Source of the DNA: Octopus sinensis
Taxonomy: Eukaryota
DNA length: 64,000 nucleotides
Assembly: GCF_006345805.1 (NCBI RefSeq)
Contig: NC_042999.1
Location: forward strand, 168,702,001-168,766,000
Reading direction: 5' to 3'
Below are positions 10,568 through 24,221 of the stretch, one piece after another. The notes under the pieces are model-generated. The model was not told the DNA's origin. It worked only from the letters and a program-made list of their open reading frames with translations, and did no database searches. The position numbers were made by a program, and so were the translations under genes. The number at the start of each line of letters is the position of its first letter. Within the stretch, counting starts at the first letter, position 1.

Positions 10568-13145
10568 ATATCTATATATTGGTTTCTTTACATCTCTTAA
10601 ATCTAGCAGTTCAGCAAATGACACCAATAAAATAAGTACCAGACTTCGGAAAATAAGTACTGGGATTGATTTGTTTAGCTAACCCCTTCATGGTCATGAC
10701 CCTCATGGCTGCAGTCGAATGACTGAAACACGATAGAAGATATACTATCTATACTATAATGGAGAAAGCTGCTAATTAATTAGGTATGTGACAATTACTA
10801 AAAGTACTTAAAGAAAGCAATTATTAAAGAGTTGACTGTCTGGAAATATTTCATGTTAAATTCATGTTCAAAGAAATTTTCTATAATTTCGATTTCTCAA
10901 GTTCATTGAATTTTTTAAACTCCAATTTCTCGCAAATTTAAATATTCACTGCGTCCAATTAATCACAAATTTAAATATTCATTGCATTCACTGCAAAGTA
11001 TTCTATTTTCATTTGCGAAGTCTCTCACTTTCTCTTTTAAGTTTTAATTTGCTGTTAATGTATACATAATGTAAAAACATTATTTATTGAATGAAAATTT
11101 TAAAAAAATATCCATATAATTTTTGAGTGTGGGATAGCTGTGAGAAGAGCCTGGAAAATTGGATAATTACTATTAGAAGACGAGAAGAAAAAAAACAAAA
11201 AGTTACTAACAACTGCTTGAAACTTGCATCTTATTCAGTTTCCAAACACAACTTTAACAGTGACACATACACTCGCAAACACATAGATACACATACATGC
11301 AAATGAAAGGCAATGTGTATGTGTGTGTGTGTGTGTGTGTGTATGTGCATGCGTGTGCTGTTCACTGATAAAACTTTGCTGCATCGCGTTTGTGAAGTTT
11401 TGTCACTGAACAGGTCGCAGTTTCAAAGCAACGAAAATATTTTGACACAAATGAATGGTATTTGTGCATTCTTGAATGGTTTTCAAACATCTTCCATGCT
11501 GCAATTGTTTTTGTTTCAGCACATGATCTCAGATCAAGTCTCTTGCTATGCAAAGTACATTCCCGAAATTTTTTTAAAATCACTGTGGATAAAGCCAGCA
11601 ATGACCTTCTCAGGCTCTTCAATATTTTAATTTCTAAACAGAAATAATTGGTGTCAGGGAGTAGGCTTGCAACAAATTCATAATTTCTCACATTTTCTTT
11701 TTTATAGCATATAAATGTATTTATGGGGGGGGGGGGATATTGAAAAACATCAATACATGCGAGAGTGATAAAGGAACAAGGAGGGTTGTCTTTGGGTGTG
11801 TTAGAAACAACAGCCAAATCACCCTTAAATCACTTTTCCCTCTGAAAATATTAATAGCTTAAAAAATTTTTTTTTTACCATAAATGCTCTTCCCATGGTT
11901 TTGAAGAGGAAAAAAATTGGCCTAAATAGGTCCAGAGTGGGATAATGAGGCGGGGAGGGATATAAAAAAGAAGTTTTCAAAATTTTTTTATACAAAGATG
12001 TCCCCCACCCCATCACTTTGAAGGTCGTGGTTTAAAAAATGGGGAAAATCCCCCACAAAATTCTTTTTAATCATAATCTATGCCATTTGAAAGGTATTTG
12101 TATAAATTTTCATCAAAAGGTACCTACCTTCCTGAAAGTTATGAGGGAAAAATGTCAGATCATGTGAATTTTCTGAAATCCTCTCTCCACCCCCTTGCAA
12201 AAATTCTTTCCTATAAATCCCTATAAATTTTGTAAAAAGTATCCATTTTTGTAGGAAATTTAAAATTGTAAAAAAGTATCCATTTTTCTGGATGATATGA
12301 GGCAACAAAGTGGTAGTGGTGGTGGTGGTGGTGGTGGGGCATATACATATAGTAATGCCCTTTTATTTATACAATTTTAAAATTTCATGTTTATTTCATT
12401 CATTGTTTGCCATGTGCTCTCTCTCTCTCTCTCATACACACACACAAAAGAACTGCTGAATTGAAATCTCTATGTTGCTTTGAGGTGAAGGTAAAACACA
12501 ACAAACTGCTTCTCCCTCTGATTTTGGACTACAGTGATGTTTGCTTAAAAAAGAGAGATTATGACTGTTATAAAATAATGAAAGCAATATTTACTAGCAA
12601 GTGAGCACTGTTATACAAAGAAATAATTAGATGTAAAATATTAAAATTATTAGAAATTGGAATCAAATGTGAAAATATTATCAAGGGGCTAGCAGAAAAC
12701 CGACCAGGGGCGAACTTTCTGCTAGTATATATTATGTATGTTTCATATAATGTATACATATTGTACCTTTCTATCTATCTATCTATCTATCTATCTATAT
12801 ATATATATATATATATATATAGATGAGTGTATTTTTACCTTGTTAACAATTAACATGGAAAAATAAATAAATAGTTACCAGGGCAGCAAAATTACACCTG
12901 CATTAACTCCATTTTTTATTCATATATATATATATATATATGTATGTATATATATTCCAAAATGTGACCGAGTGTGTGCCATTGGCGATTTTTTTCCTCT
13001 GTCTTCCCTTCTATGTTTCTGACGAAGAGCTCCGCTCATAACGTAAAACCCTCCTTCTTCCCTTGCATCCAATAATACTATATTTGTTCCACGTCCTCGC
13101 GTTGTTGTGTTTTCTCTTTGTGTTTTCATGTTTGGATTAACTTTA

Positions 13146-13180
<35 letters not shown>

Positions 13181-14116
13181 GTCATCATCATTTGATGTCC
13201 TTTTCACACTGGCGTGGGTTGGATAGTTTGATAAGAATAGATGAGCCAGAAGGCTGCTCCAGATTCTATGTCTGCTTTGGCCTGGTTTCTACAGCTTGAA
13301 GCCTTTCCTAATGCTAACCACTTAACAGAGTGTACTGGGTGTTTGTTATATGACACCAGCAGAGCCACTTAAAAAGGTTGTCAAGTATCTGCAAAGTAAG
13401 GCCTCTCAATTGTGTTGGGTACAAAATGCAGGGATAAGAAACTATGATAGACAAGGACCAGGTGCCTTGCCTAAAAGGTGAATACATAGCTTGCCTACCA
13501 GGAAAGAGAAAGAGGTGAGATCTAGATGTAAGGTGAATAATAGTTAAATAATAATACCTGACCAACCAGACAGCTATTTGAAAACGAACCAAGCAGTCTG
13601 AATGGCCATGAAAATAATGCTCCAGGGCACATATATGGCAAGACAGCCAATCTAACCACCTTTGCTCCTAACAGACCAAACCAGAAACTCATCCAGCAGC
13701 CCCTACTCCCACCCAAATATGTAAAAACAGCATGTCAAAGAGAATGAACTAATTTGGAAGGCCATAGAAAGTGTTCCAAATCAATAACAACAAAGGCCAT
13801 CCCACCAACACAGTCAACAACAAGAACGCAAACACAAAAGCAACAGAAACAATCAGAGACAGAAGAGCAATAATGGTAACAGAGCCACCAGGACTACAGG
13901 AAATAGTCAAAGAGAACAATAGTTTACACCAGTGCTACGACGACGACGACGACCACCACCACCACCACCACCACCACCACCACTAACAACACAAGCAAAT
14001 GATGATAATACTAATGATAACACACCTTGAGTATGGCATGAAACTGCAACCAATTGTGGCATCAGGATGTGGGAAGAACAAAGTTACTCTTCAGGTCACC
14101 ATTGGGCAAAGTGTAG

Positions 14117-14351
14117 TACCTATTTCTTTACTACCCACAAGGGGCTAAACACAGAGAGGACAAACACGGACAAACAAAGGGATTAAGTCGATTATATTGA
14201 CCCCAGTGCGTCACTGGTACTTAATTTATCGACCCTGAAAGGATGAAAGGCAAAGTCGACCTCGACGGAATTTGAACTCAGAACGTAACGGCAGACGAAA
14301 TACGGCTACGCATTTCGCCCGGCGTGCTAACGTATCTGCCAGCTCACCACC
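14117..14351 (-). mobile_element. tRNA-derived SINE, family B
   Basis: Conserved core gcctttcatccttt.ggggtcgataaattaagtaccag. Copies at 18070-18287(-), 27555-27772(+), 34785-35137(-), 39370-39602(-), 60045-60275(+). Confidence 0.85.
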
Positions 14352-14709
14352 TTGGCAAAGTGTAGTACCTGTAAGCCTACCCAAAGATCTGGAAATACCA
14401 CATTGACATCTGGCAGGGTTAAGCCTGTCTCAGGGGAGGAGGGGTCCCTTTAGCCTTGGTTGGCAACCCCTCTAGAGAAGGTGTCTCAATAAAAACACTG
14501 ATGGATGTGCCACTTCAACACCAAAATTCTCAGGAATGAAAATGTCAAATACAAAGATATAAAACAATGGATAGAACAAGACTGGCACAAAAAACAGTGT
14601 ACATGAAGGTAGATGTAGACTCTTGGAGCCTTGGCTAGCAACAAGCCTAGTGATGGTGTCACATTAAAAATACTGGTGATTGCACAACCTTACAAATGCT
14701 ACCTCTAAA

Positions 14710-14997
14710 TCATCATCATCATCGTTTAACGTCCGTTCTCCATGCTAGCATGGGTTGGACGGTTTGACCGGGGATCTGGGAAGCCAGAAGGCTGCACCAG
14801 GCTCCGGTCTTATCTGGCAATGTTTCTACAGCTGGATGCCCTTCCTAACGCCAACCACTCCGTGAGTGTAGTGGGTGCTTTTTATGTGCCACCTGCAGTG
14901 GTGCCAGGCGAGGCTGGCATCGGCCACGGTCGGATTGGTGCATTTTACGTGCCACCTGCACGGAAGCCAGTCGAGGCGGCGCTGGCTTCGGCCAAAT
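14710..14997 (-). mobile_element. RTE-tail short retroposon copy
   Basis: Same 3' end as 6460-6637. Further copies at about 18756-19500(-), 21995-22290(+), 22990-23368(+), 34937-35075(+), 35367-35517(-), 45995-46146(-). Confidence 0.8.
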
Positions 14998-15955
14998 GAG
15001 TGATGTTAAAATTAAATAATAACCACAACTGTGCTAATGGGAGTGGAGCTGTTAACAGTGAAGGTGTCGTGCATGGTAGGCAGGGAGTACCTGATGAAGT
15101 TCCAGCAGGTTGTCATCAAGCTATTGATCAGGACCAGAATTGCAGTCAAAAGTGCAGAAGAAAAAGAATAAAATGGGGAAAAGATGTAAACTAAATAGTA
15201 ATAAAGTGCCAGCTGAGATGTAAGTCAAATAAAAGAGGTTTCATGAATCAAATGAAGAGAATATGGGATGAAAAAGGAGGTTTTGAAGCATCCACCCCAG
15301 TGACTGATAGAGCAAGCAAGAATAATCCATTGAGACAATTGGATAACGGGAGTAGAGATTGAAGAAATCGGAGAAACATAATAAAAAGAGAGCAGAAGGA
15401 GAGTGAAACAGCAGTAGTAATTAAAGTAGTAATTAAAGGGAAAGATACGAAGAACTTGAAACAGATGGAAACCAGAGTACCAGAGAATACTGATAAAGTA
15501 ACTAATGAAGTGACAGTAAGTACCGCACAAAATTTAAGACAAAGAAATCTTAGAAATGTTGCAAGGTAAAATATCTGATGGCAACAATGAAGTACCACCA
15601 AATGTAAGATGTATGGACAGAAAACAAGTGAGGAATGTTATAAGCTTGAATGAAACAGAAAACATCAGTAAAACAAACCAGCTGCTGGTAATGTCATAGG
15701 TAACATTGTAGGTTACAAGTGAAAACCTGAAGATATAAAAGCAAATGAAAAGAAAGAACCAAAACTGGAGGAAGAGAATATGAATGAAGCTGGAAAAGAC
15801 ACAGAAAGAACTGGGGCAAGTGAATAGGAGAATGAGAGGAGAGCTGAAGAATAAGGTAGTAATCAGAAAATTGAATGGGCAGTATAGGTTAGAAGAAAGG
15901 GGTAAACGAACAGCACATGAAAAACTGAAACTTTTTGTGTCAATTTATATATACA

Positions 15956-16004
<49 letters not shown>

Positions 16005-16420
16005 TCTCTCTCTTTTACTCTTTTACTTGTATCAGTCATTTGACTGCGGCCATGCTGGAGCACCGCCTTTAATCGAGCAACTCGACCCCGGGACTTATTC
16101 TTTGTAAGCCCAGTACTTATTCTATCGGTCTCTTTTTTGCCAAACCGCTAAGTGACGGGGACGTAAACACACCAGCATCGGTTGTCAAGCAATGCTAGGG
16201 GAACAAACACAGACACGCAAACACACACATATATATATATATACATATATACGACGGGCTTCTTTCAGTTTCAGTCTACCAAATCCACTCACAAGGCTTT
16301 GGTCGGCCCGAGGCTATAGTAGAAGACACTTGCCCAAGATGCCACGCAGTGGGACTGAACCCGGAACCACACAGCCACTCCTATATATATATATATTATA
16401 TATATATATATATTATATAT

Positions 16421-16467
<47 letters not shown>

Positions 16468-16761
16468 AGAGTAAATAATTTCTATAATGGTTTTTAAAAA
16501 AAGACCACAATTATTTACTGGTAGAGCCCCACTTGTGGAAAATAGAAATAAGCATTCTTGACTGCTATTTCTACTTTTTCGGTATGTGGTCAAGCAACCT
16601 GTTGCCTGTCCCCTTTTTTCTTATATATATATATATATAATCTATATACACATCTATACACACACACACATACATCTATAAAACATATACATCTATATAC
16701 ACATATACATCTATCTATCTATCTATCTATATATACACACACATCTATATACACATATACA

Positions 16762-16831
<70 letters not shown>

Positions 16832-17097
16832 TATACATATATTTATATACACACACACACATACACATATATACAAATATAGGAAAATTGAATAAGGAGA
16901 GGAATGCTTGGGATGTTAAACCATTTATACCCTGAAGTCTTCTACGTATGTTTTGACAGATGCACTCCAAAAATGTCCAACAGGATAAATCATGGCCAGC
17001 AATGCATCAATCTCATCAGAAAAGATATAAATAACAACACTCATCAAACAGACATGTTAATAGAAATAAATATATATATACCTACACACACACACAC

Positions 17098-17140
<43 letters not shown>

Positions 17141-17359
17141 CATATATACACACACAGATGTACATAAATATACACATATCTATACACATATGTATATATA
17201 GACACACACGTATACATAAATATACACATATCTATACACATATGTATATATAGACACACACGTATACATAAATATACATACATATATATATCTATATACA
17301 TACGTATATATATCTATATATACATATCTATATATATACATATCTATATATACATATCT

Positions 17360-18500
17360 ATAAACAAGCTATGGAAATAGATATACGAACATTAAGGGAA
17401 GTCAACTGAAATACTAAACCAGACTTAAAAATACTCCCGTACATCTCCACATATAACCTTAGAAGCAACGAAGCTTTCAATATTAGCACCCAAAATATTC
17501 CCATCTTCACAGGAGATAAAACAATGAACAAAATTTTAAGCTCATACAAAATTATCAAAAGCAAAATGCAACCTAAATCACTGAAGAAAATATTAACCAG
17601 CGCAAGACTATATCCATTAACAACAGAATCAAAAGCGAAAAAATGTGGTTGACCTAACTGTGGTACATGCCCCCCCCCCCTTTGGAGGGTTCAGAGTTCC
17701 ACTTTAAACAAGGTGAAATATTTAAGATCAAATCAAATTTCTCCTGTGCCTCGGAAAATCTAATCTATGCCATTACATGTTTAGGGTGTGGTAATAATTA
17801 TATTGGCCAAACAGGAATATCACTCCGTCGAAGAACCACTATCCACAAAGAACAAATCCGCCACCCACAATACAGACAGTTACAGGTCAGTGAACACATA
17901 GAAAGGTGTGATAGGAATCTTAATCCTAATTTCCCCTTTCTATCAATGTTCGCAGAACACCTCAGTACAACAAAGAATGAATAAAGAGGCAACTTTCATC
18001 AATAAATATCTTCCCCAACTCAATATGAACACATAACATAATACAGAACACTACTAACCTTTCAATTAATACCTATTTCTTTATTACCCACAAGGGGCTA
18101 AACAAGGACAGACATAGGTATTAAGTCGATTACATCGACCCCAGTGCGTAACTGGTACTTAATTTATTGACCCCGAAAGGATGAAAGGCAAAGTCGACCT
18201 CGGCGGAATTTGAACTCACAACGTAACACAGACGAAATACCGCTAAGCATTTCGCCCGGCGTGCTAACGTTTCTGCCAGCTCGCCACCTTTCAATTAATA
18301 CCAATAACCCCCATACATCCCATACACAGTACAGATCTATATCTACCCTAATTGCACCAAATCCTGAACTACTTACCTCCCTTACACATAATCTTTTTAC
18401 TCAGTGACTAGTAAAACTGACACAGTTCATTAATTGCTGTGTATTCAAAGCAATGAGTAGTAAATTTACGAAACCCGTATGCTTTTGAATCTCTTTAACA
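17360..18500 (+). mobile_element. Penelope-like element 3' fragment
   Basis: FSCASENLIYAITCLGCGNNYIGQTGISLRRRTTIHKEQIR (GIY-YIG); inverted hammerhead-bearing segment upstream at 16938-17025; SINE inserted at 18070. Confidence 0.82.
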
Positions 18501-20231
18501 ATTCACAATAATGACCTTTATTATTTTTATTCCTACCTCAGTTCAAGTAATTGTGTATATCTATCGTTACTTTTCATAAAAAGCCTTTACCTTTTTTTAC
18601 TTCCAATGTGCATTTTCGCTTGTTTTTCTTCTTACTTTCCCCTTACATTTCCTTGTGTAGTTTCTATTTTCTTTTTGTAACATATTTCTATTACGTATCT
18701 ATATATATATATACATATCTATACATACATATATATACACACTCACATATATATATCATCATCATCGTTTAACGTCCATTTTCCTTGCTAACATGGGTTG
18801 TACGGTTCAACCGGGGTCTGGGAAGCCAGGAGGTTGCACCAGGCTCCAGTCTTGATCTGGCAGAGTTTCTACAGCTGGATGCCCTTCCTAATGCCAACCA
18901 CTCAGTGAGTGTAGTGGGTGCTTTTTATGTGCCATCGGCATAGGGACCAGAGGAGGCTGGCAAACATCCATGATCAGTTGGTGTCTTTTACGTGTCACTG
19001 ACACGGATGCCAGTCAGGCAGCGCTGGTATCAGCCACGCTTGGACAGTGCATTTTACGTGCCACTGGCACGAGTATCATGACTACAATTTTCATGATTTT
19101 TATTTTGATGTTGATGTACTTGACTCAATAGGTCTCCTCAAACACAGCGGGTCACTCTACAATCCAAGGTTACCACAGCAGGCCGTCCGGCGAGCCATGA
19201 ACTGACTTCAGCATATCTCAGATCTCGGTCTTTCATCATTTCCACTGTGAGGCCCAACGTGCCACGGGCACCACAACTACACTATCCATTTGATTTTTAT
19301 TTTGATATTGATGTACTTGACTCAATAGGTTTCCCCAAGCACAGCAGGTCGCCCTACAATCCGAGGTCAGCACAGCAGGCCGTCCTGCGAGCCATGAACT
19401 CACTTCATTTGTCGGGTCTTCGCAGTCACAGCATATTTCCAGAGGTCTCGGTCTTTCGTTCAAAGGTCATGCTTGACCACCTCATCCCATGTCTTCCTGG
19501 GTCTACCTCTATCCCGGATTCCTTCAACACTTTGGGAGTGGCACTTCTTCACACACACACACACATCTCTCTCTCTCTCTCTATATATATATATACATAT
19601 TCCTTTTGGGTTTTTTATTTCTCTCTCTCCATTCTGTCAACACCTCAAATGTAAAATTCCTCCCTGAAGATGGAGGCTGTCATTATCTGTTGATAGAATC
19701 AAGTTACAATCATTAATTTGCACCACCAAGCCCCCAGAAACAGCTGTTGAACTCATAAAACTACCACTCAACCCCTTTAATTCCTGATATCATTTCTATT
19801 CTGTGTAAGTCAGACTTTTTTATATGTACATTTTTTGTATTAAATATATTTAATATTTTTTGTGTGTCGACCAGCCTAAATTGCTTGTCCTTACATTTAC
19901 TCCTCCTCTACCTGCTCAAGTTCAAATTTCTTGAGCACTACAAAGAGTATTCTATACAGAGAATATCTGCCTCTAATCTATATATACACACACATACCTA
20001 TATATACACACATATATAGTCAAATTGAATTAAAACTTGAACAAACATTTGAGCATTAAAAATAACAAACGCACAAACACATGGAACGTATTAGTTTAAC
20101 ACTTAGGAAAGGTGGAAAGAATAGGTTTTGTGATTTACACATATATATTTATACATATATTCATATATATATATAGGAGATGTACTCGCATAGCAAGTAA
20201 TTTGATCTGAGATCGTGTGCTGAAACGAAAA

Positions 20232-20504
20232 CAATTGCAGCGTGGAAGGTGTTTATAAGCCATTTAAGAAACACACAAAAGCCGTTCAATTCACTTCAAC
20301 ATTTAAGTTTAATTTGTCAAAATATTTTCGCCGCTATAAGACCGCGACCTGTTCACTGACAAAAATCCGGATTTTTGTCAGTGAACAGGTCGCGGATTTT
20401 AGCGACGAAAATATTTTGACAAATTAAACTTAAATGTTGAAGTGAATCGAACGGCTTTTGTGTGTTTCTTAAATGGCTTATAAACACCTTCCACGCTGTA
20501 ATTG
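20232..20504. repeat. Foldback palindrome carrying a G3-C8 hammerhead-like motif in each arm
   Basis: Arms of about 136 bp with no spacer (centre aaaaatcc|ggattttt) and a few mismatches. Confidence 0.92.
20374..20423 (+). ncRNA. Minimal type I hammerhead-like motif, G3-C8 variant
   Basis: tttgtca-GTGAACA-g-GTCGC(ggatttta)GCGAC-GAA-AATATT-T-tgacaaa; mirror copy at 20313-20363 on the minus strand. Confidence 0.65.
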
Positions 20505-21317
20505 CATATATATATATTCATACATATACACATATATTTACTATTTTTATCCAAGAATGTTGTTCACAGTGACTTTAAAGTTATGGCCAGCTAAGTCATC
20601 ATCATACTGCAGTCCGATGAAGGCTTAACTTGCCTTAACTTCAAAGTCAGATAAAAACATCCTTTTATGAGAATGATAAATTTGTACTCTATGAAAATAT
20701 AGAATAGCCCATCAGATTAATATAAAATTATTTTTATTATAACTGAACATAAAAACAAACATCAATGTATACATATATATACATCTTGTGTATATGTGTT
20801 TGTGTACATACACACACACACACACATTTGTACTGAAGATTATCCAACTAAAAGGACATAGCTCCAAATATATCAGATCATGATTTCTGGGTACTGACAC
20901 TTTTCAGTCACTTGGATATCAGACTTGTGCAGTTAACCCTTTAGTGCTCAGTTTAATCTGTAAAATTTAATGCTTATTTGCTCATGTTATTCTGAATTAT
21001 TCAGGTTCAAAGGGGGTGTCCAAAATATTTGCTTGTAACTTAGTTAATTTTTTACATGCAGGTTTATAGTTATGTAATTTTAGCTGATCTTGCTGATTGA
21101 ATTTGACTTTTATGGGACGGTAAATTTAATCAACAGGTGTAAAAGCAATAATATTATGGATAAACACTAAAATTGAAATTCTTAATGCATCTTACCTGTT
21201 TGATTTGTAATTAAAATTTGTAATTAAAATTATTCGAAATCAGTGGCAGACGTCACTAGAAAAACTCTTATATATTTGCAAGGCGGCCTTCTCTTTCATC
21301 GTGACCTGGTGGTTACC

Positions 21318-21358
21318 GCCCGTTGACAAGGGACAAAAATCCCGAAACTAGTCCGAGC
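21318..21358 (+). ncRNA. Minimal type I hammerhead motif, U3-A8 variant
   Basis: gcccg-TTGACAA-GGGA(caaaaa)TCCC-GAA-ACTAGT-C-cgagc. Confidence 0.72.
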
Positions 21359-21414
21359 GTATCACTCAGGCTTGCGAGGAAGGGATGGCCTCCCTTTGCA
21401 AATACTTCAAGGGC

Positions 21415-21671
21415 ACTGAAATGGTGTCTAAAGCCAGCTAGAGACGACGATCTCCTGGGGCTATAGAGCTACAGTAACACCCCCTCCCCTATGTGGTTAG
21501 CCATGTTAAGATGGCTTCTATACTTTACATAAAAAATATCTTCACAATATTTTTTATGTAAAGTATAGAAGCCATCTTAACATGGCTAACCACATAGGGG
21601 AGGGGGTGTTACTGTAGCTCTATAGCCCCAGGAGATCGTCGTCTCTAGCTGGCTTTAGACACCATTTCAGT
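21415..21671. repeat. Perfect palindrome, 125-bp arms, 7-nt loop
   Basis: Arms 21415-21539 and 21547-21671 are exact reverse complements by eye; loop cttcaca. Confidence 0.93.
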
Positions 21672-21679
21672 ATTGAGGT

Positions 21680-21990
21680 CGTTTTTGTTCCTCTTCAGCC
21701 AAATTTAGCTGGAAATTCTCTCTGCTGTCTCTGATATTGCCTTTAGGGCTTTTGTCTTGTTCTTCCTAGAGATTAAGATGATAAGCAGATTTAATCACAA
21801 AACTTCTGGCTCCAACCTCTATAGCAACAACCTTGACCTGAAAGTTTGCTTCCCCCAAGATGTTGGTCAGACTGGTGTGTTTTACAGGCTTGAACATATA
21901 TTCTTCTAGTGCACTTTCAAACAGCAACGTGAGTTCAATCAAAATCAGTTGCTTTGATGAACTGGAATGGAATACAATATCTGAACTCAC
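21680..21990 (-). mobile_element. RLE-type (Hero/NeSL-like) LINE endonuclease remnant
   Basis: DIVFHSSSSKQLILIELT...K..K...AIEVGARSF resembles the PD-(D/E)xK restriction-like endonuclease region. Confidence 0.65.
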
Positions 21991-22289
21991 ATCTCCGAAT
22001 CGTGGCCGAAACCAGTGCCGCCTCGACTGGCTTCCGTGCCGGTGGCACGTAAAATGCACCAATCTGACAGTGGCCGATGCCAGCCTTGCCCGGCACCAGT
22101 GCAGGTGGCACGTAAAAAACACCCACTACACTCACGGAGTGGTTGGCGTTAGTAAGGGCATCCAGCTGTAGAAACATTGGCAGATAAGACCGGAGCCTGG
22201 TGCAGCCTTCTGGCTTCCCAGGTCCCCGGTTGAACCGTCCAACCCATGCTAGCATGGAAAACAGACATTAAACGATGATGATGACGATG

Positions 22290-22980
22290 ACACCACCCTT
22301 TCTGGTGATTTCTGTTTGTTTTGTTGATCCTGGAAAGTCTGCTGAGCAATCCCAGTCATTCACACTACTCAGAAGGGTTCATTCTTGTGTCTCGTATGGC
22401 ATGTGTTCCTGGTCATGATTTGCTACCTCCTGCCATGTAAAATGTTGAAAGAGATTCTGGTTCTACTCTTGCCATACTAATTATGTGAACAGTGCCTCCC
22501 AGTGTATCTTCTTTGGGTTAGTTCTACTCTTCCAGGAGCTTAGAACATGTTCCCTTGTCTATCTACTTCAACAGAGTGGGCACACAGGATTATCTGATTT
22601 GCCCTACTTCACTAGGTTCATGTTTGAAAGGAGATCAAAGACAAATCTGAAGATAAAAACTTATTCCAAGAGGTGTCGTTATGCCACAAGTATTTCCAGC
22701 TAAGACGATTCTGGAGTGCACCTTTCTACATCCTCCATTGGCCCTCTTCGTTCTACTGTACATGGCATTCTCTTCCCTTTTCATCTTCTGCAGAATCAGA
22801 TCCCTCCTCAATTCTCTCCTGGCCTCTAACCACCATTGCAGTTCTGTTATGCACAGTCCTTGCCTATTGGCTTCAATATATCCCATTATTTCTCTGATTG
22901 TAAGGCTGCATCCCTCACCTCCTGGATTTTCCATATTTTCCATTTTCTGCCTGTCTTTCGAATCTTCAAGCATGGTTAAG
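22290..22980 (-). mobile_element. Degenerate non-LTR retroelement C-terminal fragment (R4/Dong-like)
   Basis: Broken frames with GGCRKVHSRIVL, a CGK..NPVCPLC-like Zn knuckle and HDTRHKNEP. Confidence 0.45.
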
Positions 22981-23837
22981 AGCCTTGCTTTTCCAATCGA
23001 AATCGATCAATGGAAATTGCAGATGTGTTACCAGTGCCGGTAGCATGTAAGAGAACCTTCTGTTTCGCGACCGTTGCCAGCACCGCCCCGTTTCGTGTCC
23101 GTTGCCAGCCTCGCCTGGCCCTCGTGCCGGTGGCACATAAAAGGCACCATCCGTTCGTGGCCGTTTGCCAGCTCTGTCTGGCACCTGTGCGGGTGGCACG
23201 TAAAAAGCACCCACTACACTCTTGGAGTGGTTGGCGTTAGGAAGGGCATCCAGCCGTAGAAACACTGCCAGATTTGACTGGGCCTGATGAAGCCTTCTGG
23301 CTTCACAGACCCCAGTAGAACCGTCCAACCCATGCTAGCATGGAAAGCGGACGCTAAACGATGATGATGGACTTGAGAGGTAGCTTCAACTTGACCTGAT
23401 ATAGTGCAACATACATACATGACAGCCTGAAAATTAACAGCTTATGTTACAGTCACAGTGCAATAGTAGTTTCAAAACCAGTCATGTCTTCAACGAATAT
23501 TTGAAAAGCTAAGAATAAAATGAGGTTTGAATTCCTTATCTCTGAATCAGTAGATTATCATAAGCACTAAGCCAACATTACTATCAAAATAATACAGTTA
23601 CAACGAAACCCGGTCTGGTACTATCCAGGAATAAGATACCCAATGATGATCAGAAATTAAACAAACTGAAAAATATTAGACATAAATATTACAAAATATT
23701 TTATCTCTGAAGTTGAGGCTAATAGAAAAAGTTATCTTGTTTACAAATTATATTTTCTTTATCACACAAAAATATGAAATTAAAATTATTTCCAGCATCC
23801 CTCTTTCTGCAGAGTGAGAAATTTATAGCAGTAATGG

Positions 23838-24221
23838 TGGAAGCACTCCGTCGGTTATGACGATGAGGGTTCCGGTTGATCCGAATCAATGGAACAGCCT
23901 GCTCGTGAAATTAACGTGTAAGTGGCTGAGCACTCCACAGACACGTGTACCCTTAACGTAGTTCTCGGGGATATTCAGCGTGACACAGAGAGTGACAAGG
24001 CTGGCCCCTTGAAATACAGGTACAACAGAAACAGGAAGTAAGAGTGAGAGAAAGTTGTGGTGAAAGAGTACAGCAGGGATCACCACCATCCCCTGCCGGA
24101 GCGTCGTGGAGCTTTTAGGTGTTTTCGCTCAATAAACACTCACAACGCCCGGTCTGGGAATCGAAACCGCGATCCTATGACCGCGAGTCCGCTGCCCAAA
24201 CCACTGGGCCATTGCGCCTCC
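23838..24221 (-). mobile_element. tRNA-derived SINE, family C
   Basis: Minus-strand head ggaggcgcaatggcccagtgg...ggtttcgattccc; near-identical copy at 28332-28706. Confidence 0.85.

Noticed and set aside
14400-14520. Possible HDV-like ribozyme in a LINE 5' UTR
   Set aside because: The sequence is suggestive, but I could not build the nested double pseudoknot by eye.
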